Shown here piece after piece: positions 37,310 through 49,512 of a stretch of 62,000 nt of DNA. The notes under the pieces were generated by a model, which ran no database searches, was not told the origin of the DNA, and saw only the letters and a list, made by a program, of their open reading frames with translations. The position numbers were made by a program, and so were the translations under genes. Origin of the DNA: Octopus bimaculoides. Its lineage: Eukaryota. Each line of letters opens with the position of its first letter. Positions within the stretch are counted from its first letter, which is position 1. Location: assembly GCF_001194135.2 (NCBI RefSeq), contig NC_068984.1:144577118-144639117 (forward strand). Reading direction: 5' to 3'.

Positions 37310-38500
37310 TCATCATCGTCGTTTAACGTCCGCTTTCCATGCTAGCATGGGTTGGACGATTTGACTGAGGACTGGTGAAACCGGATAGCAACACCAGGTT
37401 CCAATCTAATTTGGCAGAGTTTCTACAGCTGGATGCCCTTCCTAACGCCAACCACTCAGAGAGTGTAGTGGGTGCTTTTACGTGTCACCCGCACGAAAAC
37501 GGCCACGCTCGAAATGGTGTCTTTTATGTGTCACTCGAAAATTCTACGGGAGCCAGTCAGGCGGTACTGGCAACGGCCACGCTCAAAATGGTGCATCTCA
37601 TGTGCCACCCGCACAAGAGCCAGTCCAGGGGCACTGGCANNNNNNNNNNNNNNNNNNNNNNNNNNNNNNNNNNNNNNNNNNNNNNNNNNNNNNNNNNNNN
37701 NNNNNNNNNNNNNNNNNNNNNNNNNNNNNNNNNNNNNNNNNNNNNNNNNNNNNNNNNNNNNNNNNNNNNNNNNNNNNNNNNNNNNNNNNNNNNNNNNNNN
37801 NNNNNNNNNNNNNNNNNNNNNNNNNNNNNNNNNNNNNNNNNNNNNNNNNNNNNNNNNNNNNNNNNNNNNNNNNNNNNNNNNNNNNNNNNNNNNNNNNNNN
37901 NNNNNNNNNNNNNNNNNNNNNNNNNNNNNNNNNNNNNNNNNNNNNNNNNNNNNNNNNNNNNNNNNNNNNNNNNNNNNNNNNNNNNNNNNNNNNNNNNNNN
38001 NNNNNNNNNNNNNNNNNNNNNNNNNNNNNNNNNNNNNNNNNNNNNNNNNNNNNNNNNNNNNNNNNNNNNNNNNNNNNNNNNNNNNNNNNNNNNNNNNNNN
38101 NNNNNNNNNNNNNNNNNNNNNNNNNNNNNNNNNNNNNNNNNNNNNNNNNNNNNNNNNNNNNNNNNNNNNNNNNNNNNNNNNNNNNNNNNNNNNNNNNNNN
38201 NNNNNNNNNNNNNNNNNNNNNNNNNNNNNNNNNNNNNNNNGGTCGCCCAGATAGTGGAAGCTATCGACTACCTCTAGTTTTTCACCCTGGAATGAGATAG
38301 AAGTTGTTTCCTGTTTGTTTACAGTCTTTATTGCACCTGAACATCTGCCACAAACAAAAACTAACTTGCTAGTTAACCTGCCTTTGATGTTGTTGCACCT
38401 CTTATGTGTCCATAGCTTGCACCGGGTACATCTTATAGAGTTACTACCTACTCCTTTTCTACATACTGAGCAGGGCCATCTACCTGAAGGGGTTTGTGTT
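37310..38500 (-). mobile_element. RTE-clade LINE copy spanning an assembly gap
   Basis: 3' UTR at 37310-37640 and coding piece (GRWPCSVCRKGVGSNSIRCTRCKLWTHKRC) at 38241-38500. Confidence 0.85.
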
Positions 38501-38539
38501 TTATCTATCTATATATATATATATATATATAGATAGATA

Positions 38540-38890
38540 GATAAAACACTGTGGCCATGCTGGGGCACTACCTTCAAGAATTTTTAGTTAAATGAATCAA
38601 CCTCAGTACTTTTACTTTTTTTAATGCCTGGTGCTTATTCTGTCTCTTTGGCAAACCACTAGGTTATAGGGACGTCAACACACCAACACTGGTTGTCAAG
38701 TGGTGGTGGTGGTGGTGGTGATGGGGAACAAAGACACACACACACACATATATATATGACACATTTCTTTCAGTTTCTGTCTACCAAATCACAAGGCTAT
38801 AGTAGAAAACACTTGCCCAAGGTGCCGCGTAGTGAAACTGAACCTGGGACCATGTGGTCGGGAAGCAAACTTCTTACCACCCAGCCACAT
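38540..38890 (-). mobile_element. SINE family A
   Basis: Same head, central and tail blocks; part of the central domain is deleted. Confidence 0.8.
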
Positions 38891-39591
38891 TTACACACAC
38901 ACACACACACATATATATATGTATATATATATATGAAAGAGAGGAGGGGGAGAAACATAGACACATACATACAAACACACAATGCACTGTACACTTATAG
39001 CAATGTATGATGCACATACATACATCTAGAAAAATATTATTAAAACAGATTGTTGAGTCGGATATTGATCAGGCACCCATGAGAGTTTCTTAATTAATCA
39101 TTCCTGTCTATAATGTCAGGCCATAGACCTGATAAGTAGATCTGCAATGTGGTAATCATGTGAGTGGGCACGACTTGTGTAGAGTGAAACCGTCAATGTC
39201 TAAATTAGAACTCTCACTAAAGCTTGCTTGGTAGGGAAGGTCGTTTTTGGACTCATAAAAAAAAATAAAACCTGTGAAAAAGCAAAGATGTTGCAAGCCT
39301 TTGATCCAGGTCTTCTGAAGAACGTTTCTTCCTTTTCTGCCACTAGTCTTTGAGGTAGCCCTGTAAAGGGTCAGAGGTACTGCCTTCCTCTTTGACTCAA
39401 GGATTAATAAAGGGGCCATGTTTGATATCATGCTGGTTGTTTGCACCTGTGCTGTATTAGCCATGACCAAGGTCACATCCACTCAGCCGTGTCCAGAAGG
39501 AATTCCCACGATGATGTGGTATGGTGGCGTAATCATGGAGTTCATCCCCTGCAAGGGACAGACAAAGTACCCTAAACCAGGTTCTATTAGC

Positions 39592-39630
<39 letters not shown>

Positions 39631-39889
39631 AAGTGTGAGAGAGAGAGAGAGAGATAGAGATAGAAAGACAGAGAGAGAGAGTGAGAGAGAGAGAAAGCTA
39701 GGGTGGAGAGTATGAACAGTGAAGTGTGGAGAAGGAGGTGGGTATTGGCCACACCCTGAGGAAAGCTCTCAACAACGACTGTATGTGAGTCATGTCCTGG
39801 GCCCCTGAGGAAAGGAGGAAGTACGGAGAAGAATTGTTGAAAAAGAGGAGCAGGTTGGCAAATGGGGAACATGGAACTAGATGAGAACC

Positions 39890-40330
39890 AAAGCCATTAA
39901 CTGGGAAGCATGGAAAGAGAGTGGGGGGAGGAGGAGTAGAAAGAGGAAGGGAGAGAGAGAGTGGGAGCCTTATGTGTCACTAAGGCATGAAGTGGAAAGA
40001 AGTGACGGTTGACCCTGTCATAAGTTTTGGACTGATCCAAATTGACCAGGGCTCCACTGAAGCCCTGATCTATTCCAAACCCACACCATGATGTGCTGTC
40101 ACAGAAACGGGTAAATCTGTCAAGGATTGTCAAGTTAAAGCATCTCCGACTACACTAGCAGCAACAAGTGCCAATCTGTGAGTGAGTACCGATGCCAAAA
40201 TCTTCGACGATGTTTCCAATGAGTGCACAGCTTCGTAAACTGGAATAGCCATTTCAGCTTATTTCAGGTTGTGTTTGACATTGAAGAAAAGGTTAAGGGC
40301 CAAGCTTACCAACAAGCATGTCATATACCA
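39890..40330 (-). mobile_element. Degenerate L1/Tx1-like RT fragment
   Basis: KILASVLTHRL and GALVNLDQSKTYDRVN match RT domain 2-3 motifs. Other degenerate LINE-like pieces probably lie at 39060-39480 and 42600-43330. Confidence 0.6.
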
Positions 40331-43300
40331 ATATCTCATCAATGGAACTCATCTAATCTTTTGACTAACTCATACACAACTACGCTCTATTGCTAGATCT
40401 ATCGCTAATGAGAATAGATGTTGTCCAAATTTTTCTTTTTTGTGAAACCCACTGCCTGTTGCCCATGGGCAATCATAGAGTGAATTTTAGGGTTTATAAA
40501 CCTAATATTTTATCTTTTCTTAATACTGGTCTCCATATGATATCCATATCTGCACTCGGTCTGCTTGGGAGGTTATTCTGTCCTTGCTCGTTTGTAAGTT
40601 CTTCATTCAATTAACCCTGACCCAGACTAAAACAACACTCATAAAACAAACTGCACTTAAACTCGGCTGACTTCATCTTGTTTTCTTTTATCATTCAAGT
40701 ATTTTTCCAGTGATAAGAAGTATATCACACATTTCTCATTCCTCACATGTATTTATTTAATTTATTGCTGAATAATAGCATCATTGGTTATAGGTCTCTA
40801 ATGGGCCAGTCTTTGGCTGGTTACATTTACGATGGGCAGAATGACAGGGGGGAATGTCTGAGTGTCTGTAACTCAATGCAGAACAAATATAACAAAGGAC
40901 TTTGTTAAAAAAGCACAGGTTTTTTTACTGCTGTTCTTTCTAGTTTCCTTGCTGATGCTTATATCTTTTAGTAAAACACACACATATGTACATGCTTGTA
41001 TGTGTGTGGGTATAAGTGCCTCAGCATGGAAGCTTGTCATGTGTGTGTCCATATGTCCGTGTGTCCCACATACTACTTGACAACCAGAGTTGGTTTTTTT
41101 CACATCCTCATAACTTAGCGATTTGACAAGAGACCGATACAGTAAGTAGCAGACTTTAGAAAGAAAATAATGCCCAGGGGTTGATTTATGCAACTAAAAC
41201 CCCCACCAAGGTGGTGCTCCAGAATGGCCACATGCCAATGACTGAAACAAGTGAAAAAAGATGGCAGTCCTAGAAAATGGCACAGTCTGTCTACTTGTAG
41301 CCAAATCTGACACTCCTGAAGAGACAGACAACAAAAACAACAAAATATCAACAATAAATTTGAATTCCTATATTCTAGCTTATCCACCCTAATATCACAT
41401 GACTACTGTGGTGGTGGTGGTGGTGGTGGTGGTACTGCTGCTGGCGGTGGCGGTGGCTATTGTGGCAGTGGTGATGGCTGTTGTGGTGGTGATGGTGGTG
41501 GTGGTGGTTGTTGCGGAGGTGGAGGTGATGGTGGCAGAAGTGCCGGCGGCGGTTGTTGTGGTTGTGGTGGCAGTGGAGGTGATGGTGGTGTTGGTTGTTG
41601 TGGAGGTGGAGGTGATGGTGAGTGGTAGTGGAGGTGGTGGTGTTGGTGATAATGGCAGTGGTGTTGANNNNNNNNNNNNNNNNNNNNNNNNNNNNNNNNN
41701 NNNNNNNNNNNNNNNNNNNNNNNNNNNNNNNNNNNNNNNNNNNNNNNNNNNNNNNNNNNNNNNNNNNNNNNNNNNNNNNNNNNNNNNNNNNNNNNNNNNN
41801 NNNNNNNNNNNNNNNNNNNNNNNNNNNNNNNNNNNNNNNNNNNNNNNNNNNNNNNNNNNNNNNNNNNNNNNNNNNNNNNNNNNNNNNNNNNNNNNNNNNN
41901 NNNNNNNNNNNNNNNNNNNNNNNNNNNNNNNNNNNNNNNNNNNNNNNNNNNNNNNNNNNNNNNNNNNNNNNNNNNNNNNNNNNNNNNNNNNNNNNNNNNN
42001 NNNNNNNNNNNNNNNNNNNNNNNNNNNNNNNNNNNNNNNNNNNNNNNNNNNNNNNNNNNNNNNNNNNNNNNNNNNNNNNNNNNNNNNNNNNNNNNNNNNN
42101 NNNNNNNNNNNNNNNNNNNNNNNNNNNNNNNNNNNNNNNNNNNNNNNNNNNNNNNNNNNNNNNNNNNNNNNNNNNNNNNNNNNNNNNNNNNNNNNNNNNN
42201 NNNNNNNNNNNNNNNNNNNNNNNNNNNNNNNNNNNNNNNTGTACAAGCTGTGTGTGTATGTGAGACTATATGCATGAATGTGATTGTATGAGTGTGGGTA
42301 TGAATGGTAACCATAAAGACAGAAACAGATACATCTTGTGTACGTGTGTATGTATGTAATTGTGTATGTATGTAATTGTGTATGTGTGGCTGTGTATGTA
42401 TACATGTGATTGTGTAGTGTGTAATTGTATATTTGTATGCACATGACTGTGTGTGTATGCAGTTGTATATGTCTGACTGTATGTAAGCACATGAGTACAC
42501 ACACACACACACACATATATATATGAATATCAAATTTTGTATATGTGACTATGTGTTTGTGTTAATGTGTGAGTGCATCTGATGAAGCTGACACCATTAA
42601 TGTTCCGTTTAAGCTGTTGCAGAACAACACCTGCAGGAAATACATGAGCAGAGAAGAGGAAATTCAAGAGGGATAATGTATGTTGTGGGGAAGAAAGATT
42701 GGGTAAGTGGTTAGTGTGAAGAAAGGGATGGTGGGGGGAGGCAGTGAATGCACCAATGGAGATGAAAGGTTTTGAGATGAGTAGATCCTTGTTGCTATTA
42801 TGTAGTGGCTTGTGTGCTTCAATAACCCTGAGAAGCACAAGATCCTGATAAGGTCCCCCATGTTGGATAAGTGAAAGAAGAGAGGCCAGATTGGTATGAA
42901 CCATCTCTTCCCAGAGGTGAAAATGGGTTCACATAGAACCAACTCCCTTGCCTAGAATTTAAGAAAAACATGGTTATTGAAGCATTGAGGACAAGCAAAA
43001 TGCAACAAAATCTGGGAGAGGAAGGCCCTCCTTCGGGGTAAGAAATAACATGGAGTAGTAAAGTTTGATAGAAAGCTGCAAAAAGGAGCAGAGATCCAAT
43101 TGGGGAGAAGCAGAAAAGATAGCCCAGGGTCAAGAAGAGAGGAGAAAAGCCATCAATGGCCTATACTCGTTGGGGATTGAAGGACTGAAGTAAGTAAGAC
43201 TGGGGGTACCTTGTAGGTAAAAGTATGGGACAGACCAGCTCCGAGGGGCAGAAGCTATTACGATAGTAATAGAAAAGGTAGAGAGAGGTGACAGCATGCC

Positions 43301-44689
43301 TATAGACTTGAGGCTGGAGTGTGTCTGTTAGAGACAGAGTGCCACTCAGCTGAGTGACCCTTCCCTAGATGTAATTGATTGAGTGTGTATGTTTATATTT
43401 GACTGTCCGTATGTCTAAGCCTGTAAGTGCATGTGTGTGTGTGTGAACTTGATTGTGTAAATCGAATTAAGTGTGTATTTTCATTTAGCCCTTCGTTATA
43501 ATTAATCGATCCAATTAATGACCTTTCACACTCCAGCCATAAAGTATCGTGTCTCTTCAGAAGGATCTTGTTTAGAAATACATTATCTAATGTGTCCTTC
43601 CTATTTTCAGATGGGGAATTTTGATCTGAGTAAGATGGTTGCTATTAGGTTTCTACTCTTGTAAGTATGTTTAAAATTGTTTCAGTGTACATGGGAGTGC
43701 TTCTTTTGTGGCACCAGCACTAGTGAGGTTGCCATGTAACTTGCAAGACTAAACCAACCATTAGGCAGAGTGAGGGTGAAGTAGAGAGGGGCAGCTTTAT
43801 GAAAAGCCAGAGTATGAAGGAAGGGGCTCTGAAACAGGTTTCTTGCTGAAGGGGAGATACATCTGCTCACATTATGCACAATGGGTAGGAGTAGTTGGTG
43901 TTGAGCTGGAAAGATAGACCAAGAAGATACTGATGAGGTGTCAGGGTGGGATCTGGGGTAGAAGAATAGAAAGTGTTGCTGGGTAGCAGTTAAGAATATA
44001 TGGAGAGAGTGAGGGGTGGTAAGATGTGGTAGGAATGTAAATATACCGAAAGATGAGCAAGAGTTGAGGCGTGTGTATGTGTGTGGGGGGAGTTAATGAT
44101 AAATAAGTGTTGGCTAGAAGGTAGGGGAAATTAGATGATGACTAAAGATTGAGAGGAGTATAGGGGTGAATGCAGTGAATATTGGAAAGGTAATTGATGA
44201 TATGTGAGTTGGTGGGGAAGGTTGGAAGAAGTAGGCAGTACAAGGTGAAGAGTAACAGTATGAAACAACAAAGAAGATAGGAAAGGGATGAGAGAAGGTG
44301 GGGTGTAATATAGGAAGGTTGTAGGGGTGAGTAGAGAAAAAAGATATAATGCAAGGAGGAGATGAGAGATATAGAGTGATATGGGCAAGTCAACAGAAAG
44401 TGGTTTATTGAAGAAGGAGAGATAATTTGATAGCACAGAAGAGGGGTGAGGGTGATCAATGTAAAATGTGAGTAGAGAGGAACAACAGAAGGATGGATGT
44501 GATGCGAAGAAGTTCCAGTAGTGAGGAAGACAACTAGTATCAGAGCAGCAGAAAACTGTAGTTAGGCAAATGATAGAAAATAAGGGGGGGGGGTGCCTAG
44601 GAAATTAAACAAGGGGAACAACTGTGCATGCATACATACATACACACACATGCGTGCGTGTGTGTCTAGAAACTGTTTTACTGAGATGG

Positions 44690-45280
44690 AAGGATCGTCT
44701 TGTGCACCACATACTGCTAGTCATTCTAGTCTTTTTGCATCTTTTCCATGAGATTCAAAGTCCTAAGATCAACCTCCACCCATTCATCCCATGTCTTCCA
44801 GGGTTCCCTTTTGCACAACTTTCATCTACCTTAAACAATCAGCACCTCTTTATACAAAGGTCCTCATTAAATATGCATCACCTGACCACACCTGTACAGC
44901 CTTGTTTCACACTACATCTGATTCCTCTTATGTCCAATTTTTGCCTCAACACATTTACACTTTGTTGTATATGAACACTGACTTTGCACTTCCAATGGAG
45001 CATGCTAGCTTCATTATTTTCAAGTCTTCCCATGTTCTCTGCATTTAGGGCCCACATTTCACTACCATGTAGCATTGCTGTTCATACAGAAACATCATAC
45101 AATCTGTCTTTAACTCTAAGAGAGACGTGTTTTATTACCAACATCAGTTGAGTTTTTCCCATTCTGTTCTTATTCTAATGACAACACTTTCAGAACATCC
45201 CCTTTCCACTACTAATTAGGTCCCCTACATATCAGAAACTATCTACCACCTCTAAGGATCCTCTTAGGCATTCAAGAAAA
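44690..45280 (-). mobile_element. Older, diverged RTE LINE fragment
   Basis: MLHGSEMWALNAENMGRLENNEASMLHW...VNVLRQKLDIRGIRC. Confidence 0.8.
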
Positions 45281-45376
45281 TTTGCTTTCTATGTATTCTT
45301 ATTGCATATTGCTCCTGCACCTCTATCCTGTACAAAGCCTAATTCCTCACTTAACCTTAATATATATATATATATA

Positions 45377-45459
<83 letters not shown>

Positions 45460-45479
45460 ACATCTATGGATATATATTG

Positions 45480-46010
45480 AACCGAGCACCTCTTCTTGGT
45501 TGATGAAGCATTATGAGCACAGGAAGTGAGCCATGGATTGGAACAAGTAATATTCTAAGGGAGGTAGAGCCAGACTATATGCCAGGTGTGGCATCAATTC
45601 AATTCCCTCAAATTCCTGGCTTTTATTTGGGTTCGTTCAAACAGTATGAGGTCTTGCATCATCTTGCTGGAGAAGAGCTCACTTTCTGTTAGCCAATGCC
45701 AGGTATAATTCCTTAGACGCAGAGCGTTACCTGGTGTTCGAAACACCCATGTTTAGTGATAGGCTCCAGAAGCTGGCCCCTGCTTAAACACTGCTTATGC
45801 AGGTTAAGATTGCAGAAAAACATCTCTCTCAGATTCTTAATTGGTCCAATGCAAGGCCCACTTCCTGTGCTCACAACACTTCATCAACCTGGAAGAGGTG
45901 GAAGCTTCAGTGAAGGAGTTCTTTGCCACAAAGAACAAGAACTGGTATCAGCATGGGATCAAAGAACTAGCAGAAAAGTGGCTTCAGACGGTGCAACATG
46001 ATGGCCCCTA
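45480..46010. mobile_element. Two degenerate mariner C-terminal fragments in opposite orientations
   Basis: Minus 45720-45480 reads LLQQDDARPHT...GIELMPHLAYSLALPPLEYYLFQSMAHFL; plus 45850-46010 reads HFINLEEVEASVKEFFATKNKNWYQHGIKELAEKWLQTVQHDG. Confidence 0.75.
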
Positions 46011-46939
46011 ATTTGAATGCCAGACAGCTTTTGTTATAACTCGATGAAAAAAAAGTAAATAAGTTATGTAAGGGACGACCGTGCGAACTCATAAAAGGAG
46101 AAATGGTGACGAATGGAAAAACAGAGGACTCCTTTTATTTAAACGTGTCACACGGTCGAACATACAAATATATATCAAAGATGATATACATAATATGTTA
46201 TGCGACGATAACATAGATGACCAGTAATGAAAGACCACAACCGTATAAGATGGAATAACTGAGATATTTATTGTGGCGTTAAAGATGTATGTCTGTGAGT
46301 GAGTGTGAATGCGACATATAAGAACATAATCGAAGACAGGCCGTCGTACAAAGAAAAGTATGTATGTGTATGTGTATTATTACAGCAGATAGAAAGAGAG
46401 TCAATAACNNNNNNNNNNNNNNNNNNNNNNNNNNNNNNNNNNNNNNNNNNNNNNNNNNNNNNNNNNNNNNNNNNNNNNNNNNNNNNNNNNNNNNNNNNNN
46501 NNNNNNNNNNNNNNNNNNNNNNNNNNNNNNNNNNNNNNNNNNNNNNNNNNNNNNNNNNNNNNNNNNNNNNNNNNNNNNNNNNNNNNNNNNNNNNNNNNNN
46601 NNNNNNNNNNNNNNNNNNNNNNNNNNNNNNNNNNNNNNNNNNNNNNNNNNNNNNNNNNNNNNNNNNNNNNNNNNNNNNNNNNNNNNNNNNNNNNNNNNNN
46701 NNNNNNNNNNNNNNNNNNNNNNNNNNNNNNNNNNNNNNNNNNNNNNNNNNNNNNNNNNNNNNNNNNNNNNNNNNNNNNNNNNNNNNNNNNNNNNNNNNNN
46801 NNNNNNNNNNNNNNNNNNNNNNNNNNNNNNNNNNNNNNNNNNNNNNNNNNNNNNNNNNNNNNNNNNNNNNNNNNNNNNNNNNNNNNNNNNNNNNNNGGGT
46901 ATGAGTTGATCTATATATAGCGTTAAGAGGGCTCCAAGA

Positions 46940-47160
46940 CGGTGATAGAATTTTACTCTATCACGTGACCTTATTAGGGGCCGTGATTGGTCAGTTTGTG
47001 TTCTGGCGGGAAAGGTTCGAAGAAGTTGCCGATTCGAATAATGATCAGTCACGTGATGTCAAGGAATGGGTTCTCTACTACGCTCGCATTTATTTATATT
47101 TAAATGAGAAGATTGTATGTAATGGCGATAGTAGTTTGTATCTAATGGCGGGAGGTAGTT
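46940..47160. promoter_or_regulatory. Promoter candidate, probably of the ORP1L gene
   Basis: ATCACGTGAC (46961-46970) and GTCACGTGAT (47048-47057) E-boxes, ATTGG (46986-46990), GGCGGGAAA E2F-type site (47005-47013), two AATGGCG YY1-like cores (47121, 47144), and locally high CpG. Confidence 0.55.
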
Positions 47161-49400
47161 TCACTACAGTTACCAAAATATTGTAAAACTTATGCCTTGA
47201 CACAATGCATACGAGTAGGGGTGCATGTGTGTGTGTATGCATGTGTGTGTGTGTGTGTGGAAACCAATCAGATGGGCTCTGCAAGCAATTGCTTGCCACA
47301 CGATTTGTCTCCCTGATTGTCCTTCAGAATTACAGTACCCTAGGGGCCTCAGCGCCTGTAACATACTTAGCCGTTTACAACTCGTGATGTATGACGAAAG
47401 ATCCCACAATTACAATCCCTAGGTATTGGCAGACGACATCCTTCACCCACACAACCTTCCATCAAGACATAGATAAAGGGGCTGAGAAAAAAGAGGGTGG
47501 ATGACATCGTTTCCTTACACTGACACACTGTAGACCAATATCGAATGAATGCAGCCCGCATGGACAAACTGGTTCTGTGCGAGAATTAAATTAAGGACCC
47601 ACGTGTCTGTGGTATATTCGGCCATTTCCACGACAATTCAATAAGCAAGCAGTTCAGTTAATCGTCGCGAGAATACAGTCAAAGTTTTCGTTTGCGTTTG
47701 GGCTTGTATTTGCGTGTACACGTGTTTATCTATGTATGTCTGTCTGTCTATCTGTCTGTATGTATGTATGTATGCATGCATGTATGTACGTATGTATGTA
47801 TGTATGTATGTACGTACGTATGTATGTATATGAATGTATAACCCGTACATACATGGGTACACAGACAGACAGATAAATAGACAGATATAAAATATGGGGG
47901 TTTAGTTCACTGTAAGACTGTGAATCTTTTTTTTAATAATATTAATGTATATGACTTGAGATGCTTGCCTTGCCTTAACGTTTGTTGTCCTCTTTAACAA
48001 TGATAGATGGATGGATGGATGGATAGATAGATAGATAGATAGATAAAGTAGGGTACGACGCATAGTGGAGGTTCGTGCATTTTGAACGAATACGGACGGT
48101 GTGAGTTTAACAGAGAATTGATTTCCGATCACGTATCAATAAGATACTCAAGTAAAAATTCTGAATGGATCCGACAGACATTGTAGGTTGGGTGGTTGGA
48201 CCAGTCGTTAGAACATCGGCCAAACCGATTCCAAGAATTTAGTTAAAGCTCTTTACATTCTGAGTTCAAATCCCACTGATGTCAACTTTGCTTTTCATCA
48301 TTCCAGTAAACTACTAAGTCAAGTATTTCAGTAGATTATTCCTACAGAACACATGAGGTGATATATTAAAAGAGCAGAATTAAAAAGTAAAAACTATAGA
48401 TATCTTGTATGGAGGTCATCTATTTTATCATGCAAAGTGTATTTGTTTACATGTATGTTTAATGGTGCGTGTAAATGATTTAATATAAGAGCTAAGGCGG
48501 AAATCATATGCATCATTTGTGGTTGTTTATTTTCATTCTATGTTTGTAGACGCATAAATATATACACAATGGAAAAGAGATCCTTAAATTTATACATACA
48601 TGTATATAAAGAGAGAGAGAGAGTGAGAGACATATATACAAAGAAAGATATCAGCACAGTTTAAAATAATATATATATATATATGTATATCCACTAAATT
48701 ATATACACACACATTAACAGTGATACGAAAGTCCTCTGCGAGAAGTTGGCCAATATTAACGAAACCAGTCGCCAGACATATCGCACTGCCTTTTGTCGTC
48801 GTTTCTCGTCTCTATTTTCTAGTCTGAACAACAGAAACTATTCCCAAGAATTATGGTGACACCTCCATACATCGTTCCTGCTGAAGAAATGTCAGGGAAT
48901 ACACGAGACAGACAGGGATATTAAATACGACTGATGCTTAGTAAATAATGATAAGAAGTATTAGTGGAATAAATCAGGGAACTTACACGAGTTTGCTGCT
49001 TGTTTTAGAGTCGTAAAGCGATGGTATTTTATCACATGCTTCAGTGTCAATGTCTCTGGTAACAAACATAAACAGCAAACAGGAATGGTAAACCCAGCGA
49101 CGGAGCGCCTTCACCTGGATAATGGGGACATAACTCTTAATGGTGTTTACAAGAGAATTTCACTTACAAACGCCATCGACAAGGAAAAAGAAATCAACCG
49201 AAAACGATTGTGGGCCTGCACGGCTCCTTCAGTCCCACGGCGCGGCATCTAAGCGCAGGCGTTGTTGTGTAGTTAGAACACTTGCTTCCCCTTGCGTGTC
49301 ACCTGGGTCAAGTGTCTTCCACTGTAGCCCCGAACTAATCAAAGCATTCTGATTGGATTAGGTAGGCGGAAACTGTGTAGAAACCCGACTTGTATATATA

Positions 49401-49512
49401 CAGGGTGTCCACAAAGTAAATAAAATCATGGCATAAACAATTAAATATAAGAAATAATAATTTCTTAAAGTATGTGTTAATCCCCATGTACCCAGACTTT
49501 GTGGACACCCTG
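49401..49512. mobile_element. Tc1/mariner-type MITE
   Basis: TA|CAGGGTGTCCACAAAGT ... ACTTTGTGGACACCCTG|TA; a second copy with reversed interior lies at about 7200-7312. Confidence 0.85.
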
